This document shows positions 1 through 12,689 of a DNA stretch of 48,107 nt, piece after piece. Positions within the stretch are counted from its first letter, which is position 1. Each line of letters begins with the position of its first letter. Origin of the DNA: Sphaeroforma arctica JP610 (taxonomy: Eukaryota); contig NW_014039990.1 in assembly GCF_001186125.1 (NCBI RefSeq), forward strand, positions 11,343 to 59,449, in the 5' to 3' direction. The position numbers and the translations under genes are program-made. Under the pieces are notes generated by a model. The model was not told the origin of the DNA. It was given only the letters and a program-made list of their open reading frames with translations, and did not search any database.

Positions 1-700
1 ATTGTTACCTTTCCAGGTAAAACTAAAGTACTTACGATGGGGTTCATAAATTTGCATTTGATGATACCCCTATGTTAGGTCTATGGATGTAAACACCGTA
101 GCACCTTCCATTCGACTCAGTAACTCGTTTATACGAGGGAGATGGAAGCTATGAGTCGGCAATAACTTTTTATTGGACTCATATCTAGGCATACCTTCTT
201 AAATGTTCCGTCTGAATTGTGCTGATCAACTGCCATTAATGCTAAGTTAACTGGCGTTTGTTGGTAATTAATTTCGATTACCCCATCGGATAACCATTTC
301 TCAACTTGTTCTTTAACTACATCTTCGTGTCTCCAAGAAACATAGTTTCTTGAAGGGCATTTGAGCTTAGTAAAGTCTACCTTGGTTGTCAAGGCCGACA
401 TATCTGTCGTTAAAGCGAAATTTTGCCCAATCTGTGATTTTTATCTTCTTATTTACTAGAATCAGATCCATGATTTTGTCCGCAAAGTCAGGTATTAATG
501 CCTTGACTGTGTCTGACGGGGGCTTATATGGTTTCAGATAGCTATCGTCTGATTGATCCTTTAATGGATCTATGTTATTTGGTAAACCAGTTATGATTAT
601 ACCTAGAGTGAGTAAATCACTCATTCCGACTATTAAGTCGTACCTCTGTGACTTCTTAACTATCACAGCTCGGGTAGTGATATTTCTATCATCGGCCAGG
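1..700 (-). mobile_element. Decayed Ty3/gypsy pol fragment (protease C-terminus to reverse transcriptase N-terminus), runs off the window edge
   Basis: Minus-strand translation gives YDLIVGMSDLLTLGI (protease end), VKEQVEKWLSDGVIE...KVCLDM and, in 1-128, LSRMEGATVFTSIDLT*GYHQMQI..HRKYFSFTW, which are gypsy RT motifs. It has stops and frameshifts. Confidence 0.85.
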
Positions 701-1208
701 GAGACTCATAAAATCCTATCTTTAGAAAAAAGAAAAGAAAAAAGAAAAATACTCTTGATGTCCATAGTTATTGCATTCACCAATAACTTGCCACTTATCA
801 AGAATTACCGACTTAGCCTTCATCAGACTGGCACATTTGGTTGGCTGAACGGAGGTTAAACTAGGTAACGCTAGTAGTCCCTAGAAACCTATATTCGGTT
901 GAGCCATCTCGCTACCGAAGTATTCAGATATAAATAGATTTGGAAAGTAAATATAGTTCTATTAATCGAACTAGACCAAATCATATGCTTGGTATTTTAC
1001 TGGAGCCTTTTAAGGGCCTTGTCCAAATATCTGAAATGTAAAATTAGAAAAATTATCAATTAATAAAACCGTTAAAACCCATTTAAGAAACTTAAGTTCC
1101 TTGTACTATTAAGTGTACTTTTGTAGTTTACGTACTGCTTAAGAGTACGTTTATCATAGAGTCTAATGTGGAGGCCCGGCTATTACAGGGATGATTTGGA
1201 TTCAATCC

Positions 1209-3321
1209 TTATTGGTCATCTATATTGACTGCCACGCTTTCTATACAGTTAACCCGTACGAAGTCCGAATCAATTGAGTCTGTTTTGTTCAAGTACCAAT
1301 CTGCTATAGGGGGCTTCAAATTAACAAGCCCCCTTGCAACCTGAATCTCATGATCTGCTAGATCAACTTCAGATAGTGAGATCACGCGTCTGTGTAGCGA
1401 TGCGATGGCACTATAATTTCGAAATTCTTTCATATTCAGTTCAATGTTGATGCGTTCTCTGGCAATGAATCTGTCATCCGCAGCACGCTGCTGCGATAAA
1501 GCTAATTGTCCATTTTGTTTTTCCTCGGGATGCACACGTATATAAGGTGTCGCTCAAGTTCATTTCTATCCGTGAGGCCCTTGTCATATAAGTAGCATAT
1601 AAATATTGTTTGGTGCACAACATCTGTTAGGCTAGTTGCTGCTCGCATTTTGCTACCATATGTTCATTTTTATGTATGCCTATATATGTGGAAGCCTCAC
1701 AATAACCTTTTGTAATATCGGCTATTACCACAAGCTATAACGTTGTGCTTGATGGTAGTACAATTCTTATATTCACTAAAGCTCGCTGAATATAAATCAT
1801 TTGATTTGCATAGAGGAGATTCAATCTTCCTCTCAGTGCAATCTCCGATAAATAAAGCCACTCCATCGTTCAGATCCAATGCTTGCTTAGTACGCTTTGG
1901 TGTGTATGCAGCAGCTTGCTGTGGCGTAGGGAATGTTTGTCTTGCTTTAAATATGTGTGAGATCTCTATACAAAACGTAGTGTATATTCTTCGAGCCGTT
2001 TGTTCGTGAATGTCAAAGTGCGCACCTGCAATTGCCATATCATCACGGCAGTCTGAAAATATAAGTATGAAAAGGACAAATTGCTCCCAGACTGGGAGCT
2101 TCTTACTACGCTTTCTGAGTTCGAAGTCTTCCTCATCACCATCAATACCATCTGCATTTAGCTCCATTGCCGCCGCTACTCGATTGCGTACTTTATCGTT
2201 CCATTGTGTCAGATTAACAAGTCGATCGCTATAGTTAAGATACTCAAACAACAAACGAAGCACCGTCAGATTCGGTTCTCCTGTTGCCTTGCGGCAGAAA
2301 GATGGACTCTCTAACATTTTGAAGAAGTGAACAGTGCACCAACCACTGTGTCCACTTAGATTTTCAGCTTCTCTAGCTCTCTGTTCAGGGTCCATCTCTT
2401 CACGTATCTTACTTCTGTGTGTTTGAAATAGCGGTGTAATAATATCACTAGCCTGAGTTATAGTTAGTCCCCTACCCAATCTTTGCTTACTACTATACTG
2501 TAATCTTGTAGCAAGGCTAGTCATTTCTCGCCGTTCAATCTGTTGTGAAGGACACTTCCGAGCTTTCATTACGATAGAAAGTACAACTCTAAACGTTGGG
2601 ACAGCATCTCCTTTGAGTGTTGTTCGTTTCCATTTAATACCAGGTGTATTGTCCATAAACTGATCAGGTGTGAAATGTCTACGATGCATACGTAAACCTA
2701 TACGCCCATCAGACTCTTCAATTTGCTTATTAAGTTTTCACTGTAGTTTGGCGTCTAATACTACACGTGACACCCTTAGTTTTGCACGTTTCTTGTCCTT
2801 GAGTAATTCGTGTCCATTCTCAAACATAATGTTTCCCCCGCTCTCTTCCTCCCCCAGTGTACATATGCACTTAATTACCTGCTTAGTGTGTGACGGTAGC
2901 TTAGTTACACGATCTAATTGATAGTCTCTAGACCACTGAAACTCGCGAAGTGGTTTGGCATCGATGCACGCCACGATCTGCCAGTTACCCTTGAAGGATA
3001 AACTATGTATAGGAAAGTGTTTTGCGTTGATAGCTGCATGATTCTTCTTTCCATCTCTATTCTTAAACGCCTTGGCTATTGCTTCTTGGTTGATGTCTGG
3101 TTGCACGGAATACAATCACTCTAGTGCGCTTGCATCTGCTTCTTTGACTTGTACTTTGTTTTTTTGTTTTTTTTTGGGTTGTTTGACTTTATCAGTGATA
3201 TGTATCTATCTCCTTCCTGTATACAACCACGTACACTACACATACAGGGAGACATGTACTTCTTGATCTTCTTAGCTGGTGGCTCGTTCTGTCGTTCAGA
3301 CTTACGCTTCATACTGAACAA
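1209..3321 (-). pseudogene. THAP + HTH + DDE_Tnp_4 transposase pseudogene (PIF/Harbinger-ISL2EU group)
   Basis: THAP-like motifs CMCSVRGC, HRRHF and LKGDAVPTF. HTH WEQFVLFILIF..AHFDIHEQTARRI. Catalytic motifs FIGDCTERKIESP..SFSEYKNCTTIK, LYDKG (~1575-1590) and IARERINIE. ORFs 2738-3115 and 1697-2689 are in one frame separated by a single TGA, with frameshifts elsewhere. No TIRs identified. Confidence 0.85.
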
Positions 3322-3977
3322 GTAACTAGTGACTTATCTGTGCATCAATAATACACATATGCGTGCACAGTCAATTTTGGGTGATTTCAGTACACGTGTA
3401 CTATAGAATAACCCAAGATATAGGGTTCCTTAACAAGGGGCCTGTTCATTTTACGTCCAGGAAAAAGCTAAACTTTCGATGTAAAACGCTAATTATCATA
3501 CCTACGGGCGGAGTTACAAAGTAACGGAGTGATGGGAGTAGAATCCGGCGGTCTGTAAAATGTAAATGTAATAGTCATACCCAATTGTCGAAAAAAGGGG
3601 CTCTCGCAAACTGTACGTGGGAAATAGTTCCCATCGCCTCGAACATTCTGTATGTACGATGTTTATGATTCCGTCGGTGTCGGGGAGCGTGTTCCGTCAG
3701 TGATCTCGTGTGCATACTTCTAGTATATAAAGTTTTGGTCTCCTCATCATTACCCTTGACTTCAGCCATCGTAGCCTGTATCTCTTTGGGTTTCCTTAGA
3801 AATGACATCAGTATGTACTGCATGATTCTCCTTTCACAATCATAATCAATTACTGTCAAATTAAACAGAAAATGACATGGTCCGGCCATACAACTTTAGT
3901 TCGTGCCCAAAAGTTTTAATGTAATTTCGTGTTCCTTTCGTTGAATATATTGTGATTATCACATGCTTTCTCTTTTA

Positions 3978-4000
3978 ATATATATATATATATATATATA

Positions 4001-4043
<43 letters not shown>

Positions 4044-4072
4044 TATATATATATATATAAATATGTATTTAA

Positions 4073-4138
<66 letters not shown>

Positions 4139-4156
4139 TTATATATATATATATAA

Positions 4157-4217
<61 letters not shown>
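3978..4217. repeat. (TA)n microsatellite
   Basis: Long imperfect TA run seen directly. Confidence 0.98.
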
Positions 4218-4220
<3 letters not shown>

Positions 4221-4599
4221 AAATTGGAATGGGGTCGTCAGTTACTATGATTTCATCTATTTATTTTGCTTTTTGTTGCAAATATTGCATGCGGATGTAT
4301 CAGCGGCAGTCACCCAAGTTACATATATATGGCAGGCATAAGCCGCACATACGTATCAGCATCAAAAAAATCTCACGTTGATTTTTTTATTTTACAGTAC
4401 ACTTTACTTGTTCTAAGTACCGATTGATTCTATTTATTTGTCTATAGTAATTACAGATTGGTTTTATATATCTGTTTATATTAGACGTTGTTTTTATTTA
4501 TGAACTTGCCCTGCACGTTGTTTTTATTTGTTTTTTATAGCGTACGTTGTTTTTATTATTGCCAGGAGTATATGTGTAAGTCACATAATTGGCTCATAA

Positions 4600-4845
4600 T
4601 TGGCGCATATAAGGCATCAGTTGATTTCGAGCAATCATATTATCGATCTATCTCTGGCAGGCATATGCGTCAGACTTAGGACCGCATGTATAAGCGTCAG
4701 TTGAGTGTCAGACTTAGGATCGCATGTATAAGCATCTATTGCTTAAGGGTCGCAAGGTTGAGTGTCATAATTAAGACGAGTCGCACTCGTAAGAGTCAAG
4801 TTTGATGGTTGCACGTGTAAGCGTCAGACTTAGTGGTCGCATTTT
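4600..4845. repeat. Diverged ~40-bp minisatellite
   Basis: Recurring GCGTCAGACTTAGGA(C/T)CGCATGTATAAGC-like units. Confidence 0.7.
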
Positions 4846-4899
4846 TAAAGTCGTAATTTTAAGTCGTAATTTTAGCGATTGAGGGTATAGGGTTTACAA

Positions 4900-6493
4900 G
4901 TATTATTCAACTTCATGTCTATTGACAGACAACTTGCGATAATCACTTGAAGATGAAGAGCTTATGATCGATCCTTGGACTTTATTTCAAACCCTATGCG
5001 CTATGTTCTTTACCGATCTGCTGCTCACATCTTGCCCGACCGATCAATCTATCTTATCTTGAACAACTTAAAGTGTATACACGGAGAGCTACCCCTTACC
5101 CCTATATGGCCACAGACGCTTGGCACACTCATCCCAGTACTACCACCACCATGATTCTATATGTTGTTCCCCAACTATCTACCATACCACCGCAGACATC
5201 GTCACCTCATGCATCATTTCACCATCTCCCCCTGTATCTCCCTTCTTTGTTCTGTGATCTCCCACAAATATCTTTCTCCTGACTCTATCAACTCTACGAC
5301 ACCCGTCTTCTGTTCAATCATGACCCCATTTCACTGCCTCCCAGTCTGATACCTATACCGCTATTCTTTGCCGATATTCTTCGACCGGCTCCACCTTCTA
5401 TCTCCAACTCTCCTCACCTGCCTCCCGAATCTGATGACAACTACCACTCGCCTTCTTCATCTCCTACAGCCCCCTTTGATGTTTGACCGTGCGACTATGC
5501 TCATATCCCTGACGTTCATGATCTCATGAACTCTCGTTCTCGTGACACCCGCCTTCTAAATTTGCACCATTACGTGAGTGACAATGCTGTCGTAGCCCAC
5601 GATCCTGCACATTCTGACATCACATTCCTAGAGCAGATTGCTAGTATGAACAATACACACTTTAAGAGTCTAGCCTAGGCTCAGTGTTCCCCGGTCTGGT
5701 CTGCGTGAAATGCTGCCATCCAGAAAAGACGCCTGGCACACATCACTAATGATCTCTATGATTTAGTCTGTGATTCTTCTGTCCGGCCCGGCACAAAGGC
5801 TATACATAGTAAGTACGTTCTTACTCGCAAGTACGATGAGAATGGCGTCCAAACCATCTTTAAGGCAAGAATTGTTGCTCGTGGAATTGAGCAAGAATAT
5901 GGCAACTCATATCTCGAAAGCTACGCTCCAGCAGGCTCCGCCACTACTGCACGCACGTTCGCCGCTCACGCAGCTTCTAAGGGCCTCGAGATTCCCCATT
6001 TTGACATTGAAACCGCTTCCTCTATTCTGTCCTGAACATGGTAGTCTATTTGAAGCCCTCCAAGGGCAGCGATAAAAGAGTCCTTTTGGTCCCAAACAGG
6101 CAGGCCGCCTGTGAAACCATGACATTGGTTCAAAACTCAGTTCTCCTCGGTTTAATCAGAGCTCCCGCCGATGAGCGTATTTATGCTCACTCCACCCTCA
6201 ATACCCGATTCGTTCTTTATGTCGATAAATTTGCCCCGGCTATAGTTAAAGGCTCTGTCGATGCTCAATGGTTGTTCCAGAAACTGTCCCGTCATTACTC
6301 ACTCAAGAATCTTGGGTTAGCTCGTTATCTCATCGGTCGTCGCATAACGCAACACGTTACTGGTGCTACCACCATAGATCAACACGCGTATATTACTCAC
6401 ATGATTGATACTTTTGATGTTGAAGATAATTCTATCCGCCACACACCTGGCCACGGCATTCATCCTGCGGCACTAGTTGACTCGCCTTTGTAG
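4900..6493 (+). mobile_element. Decayed Ty1/copia pol fragment (RVT_2-type reverse transcriptase), no LTRs recognised
   Basis: KAIHSKYVLTRKYDENG...FKARIVARGIEQEYGNSYLESYAP (~5790-5930) and FVLYVDKF...LKNLGLARYLIGRRI...IDQHAYITHMIDTF (ORF 6038-6493). A Pro/Ser-rich linker lies upstream. The 5' boundary is approximate. Confidence 0.85.
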
Positions 6494-7342
6494 CGGAAAA
6501 AATATTGAGCTGCTCTCTACGATGAAAAACAATACTAAGTATAATCGCTATCATATGTTGAAACTAGTCGCGAAGGCAATAGTACTTATACTGTTCTGGT
6601 ACGACATGTGGGTCACGTAGAGGATACAACAACTCTTACCATGTATTTAACATATACAGACTCTAAAACAAGTTTTGATATACTAAGCGAGCGAAGAAGA
6701 CTGACATTTACTACAGTAGGTACGTGATCTTGCTGACTGTTTCGTTCGAGTTGGGCATATGATACCCATAGAATCTTCAATTTAACTTCAGTATATATAC
6801 CATATGGTACAAGCCAGTGTGTTCAGTATCGTGACTCTAAAGTTATCAACAGCAGTTTCCAACTAATTATTTTGTCTTGGTCAATGTACATCAGACATAC
6901 ACACGCGAGCACCCGGCTTCTATTCATGAATGGTGAAAACTTATCCTCCAAGTTTCTTCCAGACAAGTGACAAATACTCTCTCAAGTGCAGAGTGTCAAC
7001 TAGCTACCGATTTTGTATGATCGGGGCCGGCCGTGCTTTCATTCATACTACACACACGCGCAAATAGTGATACTTTTCAATTTGGAGAAAATATTCAGTG
7101 TAGCATATATATATAAATAACCCAACATCTAGTACAACTCGCAATCCAGGAAACATATTGCACATTGATGAGATAAATAGAAGACCAACAATACGTTTTC
7201 GAACAAGACCGAGTTACTTAATCTCGCACACAACGACACAGATATGTTTGCTAATGTTTTACTTCAATGATTTCCTATTGACTTTTGAGTGACACCAAAC
7301 ATGCTTAACATCGCAGTTATACCAGAAGTTTTAGATTTACGT

Positions 7343-7522
7343 TGTAGTAAACACATCAAAATACGATACTAAAACCTACTGAGTCTCCCTGAGGCTCAGT
7401 GCGGTGTATTTATTCTTATAATTGATTGTCTACGTGGTCTACAAATAATTCACCTCGTGTGAATTAATTGTAAACTAATTTTATCTCCACACTGATAGTG
7501 GTTTAAGGGGACTTTTACTACA
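7343..7522 (-). repeat. 3' LTR of the mini chromovirus
   Basis: Direct repeat of 9130-9310 with about 7 differences by eye. TG...CA termini with an 8-bp inverted repeat. Confidence 0.95.
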
Positions 7523-7530
7523 CTCCCCTC
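7523..7530 (-). promoter_or_regulatory. Polypurine tract (GAGGGGAG)
   Basis: Purine run immediately preceding the 3' LTR on the minus strand. Confidence 0.85.
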
Positions 7531-8030
7531 AAGCTCAAGCGTCACCAGTGTTGGAAGAGCTTAAAATAAATGACCTCTTAAACTATTGAATATTAAACAA
7601 ATAAAACTAGTAGTGTAAATTAAACAAAATAAAAACTAGTGAAAATCCTTCTGCTGAGTAAGTTCGTGCCTTGGAAACTGGTCTTTTGAACCATCCCGGC
7701 TGTGCTCGTATATTTTCACCCCCCCCCCCAAAAAAAAGAAAGCTAGGGTATCCGCTGGTATGTTTCACCCCCCCCCCCNNNNNNNNNNNNNNNNNNNNAA
7801 AAAAAAAAACGGAAACTACGGGTTAAGGTTACCGTCCGCGTCGGTAGGTTCCGTTACCCCCNNCCCCCCCCCCATAAGCTAGGGTATCCGCTGGAGTTAT
7901 ACTCGCCTATAAGCTCGAGTTTTGGAATCGTCGTTCGCCTCTACACCGTGGTGAAATCTCACGAGGAGAGACAAACTCCGATCCGGAAGTAGATGGTAGA
8001 CATCTAGTATTCATCAACGTAACGTTGGAA

Positions 8031-8949
8031 TTATTGGTGTTGTGCCGCTTTCTTCTTCTGGCGAGTTTGCTCGGCTTTGTGGTATGCAGCGATATCATTC
8101 GGATAGTCAAAAGCTTCGGCTGACTCCCAAGTTGGATCACCTTCCCGCCAGCGTACCAAGTATTCTGTATTTCCTGTGGAATCATTCTGTCTATGTCGAA
8201 TGATGTAACGGAACGAGGAACTATCCTGCCACATATGGTCTTCTAAAGGTATTTCGGTGGCTCTATGGACTAATCGCAAAAGTTACACTCTAACTGGTTT
8301 ATCTTTGAAAGTATCTGGAAGTGAACCATCCTTGTGTGTCAGTTTATATCCTTGTCCCTGTCTGGCTTTGACAACGTATGGTCCAAACATTGGTCGCATT
8401 GCTTTGGTTGTGCGACCTTCGGACCGTACCATTACCACATCCCCTGGTTAAAAGGCGATAAAATCGTAAGCATGGAGGCGGTCAAACTGCCTGGATAGTG
8501 TGTCTGCGTATTTCTACGTGACCTTGTAAAGCGTCGGCAAGATAGCGTCGTGCAAACGATCCAGCCGGTGTGCCCAAGCCTCATTGGTGACCGGCTGATT
8601 CCCCGGAAGGTCATCCGTGAAGTCAGCAAACGGAACATGACGGCGACCGAAGTAGGCACTGAATGGTGCTGTCTTGTGTCGCCGAGATATTCGGAGGTTC
8701 TGGCGCAGCATAATAAGTGGTAGTTGGACATCCCATGCCGTAGGTAAAGATTCACATAGCTTGCGAACTCCTTCGTGTATGTCTGTGTCTTCTCTCCGCT
8801 GCTCCCAGAACCTGAGGACGATATGGTGGCGTCTTCGCATGCATCACTCCAACTTCTTGAGTCATTAATTTAACAATCCTGTTCGAAAACTCGCCTCCCT
8901 CGTCTGATTGAATTTTCCTGGGAAAACCGTGTTCCTCAAACACCTCCAT
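8031..8949 (-). pseudogene. Integrase core C-terminal part, GPY/F motif and chromodomain (frameshifted)
   Basis: HGFPRKIQSDEGGEFSN..TPPYRPQVLGAAER, WDVQLPLIML..APFSAYFGR, MFGPYVV, and YIIRHR...EYLVRWREGDPTWESAEAF. Confidence 0.9.
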
Positions 8950-9129
8950 AAATTTATTTTCACATATCTGTGCTCGGATGACTTTGTGTCGTAATTTGCA
9001 AGCTCCTTTCAGCTATCCGGTTCTGAGGGAAATCAACTCCTGTAATTTGTCAATAAAACGAATTTCTCCGTCTACTATTATCCCCGAGATAAAATCGAAT
9101 CATACACCTAAAGTAACTAGTCGTAAAAA

Positions 9130-9310
9130 TGTAGTAAACATATCAAAATACGATACTAAAACCTACTGAGTCTCCCTGAGGCTCAGTGCGGTGTATTTAT
9201 TCTTATATTTGATCGTCTACGTGATCTACAAATATTTCACCTCGTGTGAATTGATTGTAAACTAATTTTTATCTCCACACTGATAGTGGTTTAAGGGGAC
9301 TTTTACTACA
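9130..9310 (-). repeat. 5' LTR of the mini chromovirus
   Basis: Direct repeat of 7343-7522. Confidence 0.95.
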
Positions 9311-9839
9311 ACGTACGCCAGGAGAAATAGTATCCGCTTCGCTACTCACTAATACGCAATGGCACTTACTACAACAAAATGGGCTGAGCAGAGACGAACA
9401 GTATAAAGCGTACATTCGTATGTGAGATCGCCAACGCTATCGAAACCTTTGATAAGATGAGACACTACACCTCGCAAGTACGTAGATATCTAGCAAGAAA
9501 GTTCTACCCAGACGAGGAAACAGTTTTTTGGTTGTAAATCTGAATATGAAGAGATAATGTTCAACAGCCACTTAAAAATGCAGTTCGTTCGGAAAATCAT
9601 TCTTTTGTTTGACAATGCCTTATACTTGATACACACTTGCCAATACTCTTGTGCACTTTGATGTAGTAAGGATGTCAGCGAAGAAGAGCTATACTACTCG
9701 GCCATATGCAAATGCAGAAAAAGATCAACACTCGCAGTGTATGGTGCACTGACGGCTTACAACCAAGATCTCAACTCGACTAACCGCACGTCATCCCACT
9801 GGACACAGAACCAGCTTATCTATAAAATGCAACTATTAG

Positions 9840-10669
9840 CCAGGAGATAGTGTTGGAGGCAATAATGCGCTTTCCAAACAAGGTTCCTGATCCGGATGGT
9901 ATTCAAATCCTTAGTCTCAAGGCCGCATTATAACGATCAACTAACCCCTTGGATATGGGACGCCCTGACTTTAGCAGACCACTAATTAGAATCTTGGTTG
10001 AGATATTCTCCGCCATCTTAATGGCTGGTATATTCCCTATAGCTCTCAACTGTACCCTCCTAACAGTCCATCCAAAGAAAGCGGACATGTATATTGCATC
10101 CCCTGTCAACTTCCGACCGATAACCCTGACGCAGATTGTTCGACGCACTTTTGAGAAGTGCTCCCTACAGTTGATAACAAATCACCCCGTCTCAATCGCT
10201 CATGCCATCCAAACAGGATCCAAATCACACTACTTCTGTCAAACTTATGCCCTCGCAGCGATTAAATCTGAGACACGATTCGAGGATGTCTGGAATGATG
10301 TGTGTCTTGACATCACTAAAACACATGATAAAGGGCCCCGTCCGCGCATGTAGATACTGTTGCGTCACGCTATAGTGCCAGAGAATTGTATCAGTTGTCC
10401 CCGCGCTTTGTTTAAAACATTTCCCGTACTGGTGACGTATGTGCTAAGCTTTTTTCCTTTATTCGATGAAACAAATGCCATACTCCGAGGTTCGAGTGCC
10501 GGTTCACAGCTTTCTATCATCTATATGGACTCCCAGACTATTATGCTTGCGCAATTCCGGCCAAAACTATTCTTTTCTTTCCACTTTGTGGACGATACAC
10601 GCATCCAGGCTGCTCAGTCTGTTCGGCTGCAGCACTTTCTGAACGCAATTGATGATTGGGGTTGCCAGT
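9840..10669 (+). mobile_element. Non-LTR (LINE) reverse transcriptase remnant, interrupted by the copia insertion
   Basis: PDPDGI, HPKK..NFRPITLTQIVRRTFEK, QTG, CLDITKTHDK, RGSSAGSQLS..YMD and FVDD appear in LINE RT domain order. The sequence is cut exactly at the copia TSD. Confidence 0.85.
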
Positions 10670-10924
10670 TGTCAGGACAAACAAATCCACATTCTACAAG
10701 TCTCAAATACTAGGGCAGTTCAGTACCCCTGACTGTCACCAAGCGCCACCAAGTGTTACCCAATATATGACACCTACTATCACTATGACACCTATTATAA
10801 ATATGACGCCTATTATGATTGAACAGTGGTCTCGCCATAAGAATGTAAGGCGGTAGAATAAATATATAACACCTCAGAAGAGGGTACAATAAACTTACTT
10901 CTACTCAAGTTATATTTGTCAACA
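10670..10924 (+). repeat. Copia 5' LTR
   Basis: Direct repeat of 17834-18088 with roughly 30 differences by manual comparison. Confidence 0.95.
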
Positions 10925-10935
10925 GGTTATGGGCC
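10925..10935 (+). promoter_or_regulatory. Primer-binding site GGTTATGGGCC (half-molecule tRNA-iMet type)
   Basis: Immediately follows the 5' LTR. It matches the PBS complementary to the anticodon arm of initiator tRNA-Met used by Drosophila copia and yeast Ty5. Confidence 0.85.
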
Positions 10936-11132
10936 AATATTGGACGTAACCGTGTACGAGTACCAAACAAGCTACAACCAAAATACGCAACATTTTACGA
11001 CCTACTCTCGTATCTCTATAATTACGCTCAAAATTCGCAACTACACCTTATACACCACACATAACTAGCCATCGCACTTATCTCACATACGTAAGTCCAA
11101 ATCAACGAGCAAAACCTCTCTCCCACGACACC

Positions 11133-12540
11133 ATGGCTAGAATGGGACATATCACATGGCCAACTGCCTTTGAAGCTGTCGACGAAGCCAATCGCTTTCG
11201 CGATGAATTCTTCCCTGACTATCCCATGTACCCTAATGTGTCAGCCGCCAACCAACACCTCCAAGCCATCACTACTTGTATCAAGCAACCACGCAGCCCA
11301 CCCGATCAAGTCAAGTCTTTGGATCCACCACCCGAGCCTTATCACACTTTACCCTCGCAAAAAGCGATGCACAATTCACCAAGAAACTCAATACAGAACT
11401 TCAGGCCGAGATCGATAACTATAAACAACACAACGTCGACCTTGGCAAACGTGGCCAGTATGCCACCCTCCTCAATGAAATCAAAGACATTTCCGACCAG
11501 CTCCGTACAGCCCAAAATAATCTGCAACATCGCGATAGCCGCTCCACCTCCAATCTCACTGCCATGCAAGCTGAAATATACGAACTTCGCACCGAGCTTC
11601 AAACAGCACACGACACTATAGAACAAAATGTCAACCAGACACGAAAGTGTGAGAGCTACGCCGATCGATACGGCATTAGACCCGAAGCCCTCGGCTATTC
11701 CGCACAACTGCCGACGCAACAAACGTGTAAACTATGAAAACTTTGGGGCATGGTTTATTGGTCTTAAACTAGAGCTCGAACTCTTCGGCGTCATCCATCA
11801 CCTCCACTCTAAGTGCTCCGATTCTACAGTTGGTGGTTGCAGCGAAATTGTTGCCGATTCAAAGTGCCGACGTATCATGATCGACTCCATTGACGACAAG
11901 CTCGTCACCACCGTATACAAGAACCACCTGTCTGAAGCACCCTGGGAATTCTTTGAGTATATCTGCATCACGAATAATACCGGCAGCCAAGGACGTTTCT
12001 GGAACGGTATAAAGAAACGTACTAATTTCACTGCCACTGGTATTACTGAGTCCAGTATGCAAGCCCTATAGTCTATACGACAGGGACTACTCGACGTCGG
12101 CAAAATGATACCCGACGATTGTCTCATATGTGCTTTGCTTTACAGTCTCAGCGACAGCTATGATCTTCTCCGCTCCAGGATGTTTGTCACTGACACAGAC
12201 AAACTCACCCTCGAAGATGTCTACCAACAAACTTTAAGGTTTCAGGGTGATCATCAAATCTAACCCACCCCTAACCCCTCAGGTATCAACTCCGTCAAAA
12301 CACAATTGACAAATGGCACTGGTACCAATGGAGGCAACGGGAACCGAACCAAACGCGAACGCTACTGTCCCCTCTGTAACACTAACGAGCACGGACTTTT
12401 TAGCTGCCCAACTTCCATTTGTCGCAAATGTGGCTCGGAATACCACTTGGGAATCAAATATACTATCGACCGCAAAACACTCAAGTGCCGTAAATGCAAC
12501 AATGTGGAAGGACACAATGATCTCGCATTCTTCAAGTGAA
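11133..12540 (+). pseudogene. Copia gag (coiled-coil N-terminal extension, capsid region, zinc knuckles), frameshifted
   Basis: NYENFGAWFIGLKLELELFGV is a gag-start motif. CPLCNTNEHGLFSC, CRKCGSEYH and CRKCNNVEGH are knuckle-like motifs. Confidence 0.8.
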
Positions 12541-12689
12541 ACTACGGGGTCCGACCAAACGGTGGTGCTCATATTATACATAGCTCAACTACAAATACTC
12601 CACACATAGACTCCACGCCACCACCCTCACGTCATTACCAGAAAGGTATCGTATACACAATTCCGGAGGGACCCACAGCTCAATACCTT

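Larger units (their letters stand above)
7343..9310 (-). mobile_element. Internally deleted chromodomain-bearing Ty3/gypsy (chromovirus-like) LTR element
   Basis: Two ~180-bp LTRs with TGTAGTAA...TTACTACA ends, a 4-bp TSD ACGT (7339-7342 / 9311-9314), a polypurine tract on the minus strand, and integrase plus chromodomain remnants inside. Confidence 0.95.

Noticed and set aside
3436..3460. GGGGCCTGTTCATTTTACGT as a Harbinger-type terminal inverted repeat
   Set aside because: No matching inverted partner was seen in the window.
2738..5710. TGA codons at expected Trp positions (3116-3118, 2738-2740, ~5706) suggesting UGA=Trp recoding
   Set aside because: The same elements also carry TAG/TAA stops and frameshifts. 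TGG>TGA is a single transition expected in pseudogenes, and NUP98 uses TGG for Trp with no internal TGA.
7650..7710. Hammerhead- or tRNA-like segment in the chromovirus 3' region (CTGCTGAG...GAAAC)
   Set aside because: The core is non-canonical, stem II closure fails, and no cloverleaf forms.
7718..7895. Repeated AAGCTAGGGTATCCGCTGG between poly-C tracts
   Set aside because: Flanks N gaps and homopolymers, so it is likely an assembly artefact.
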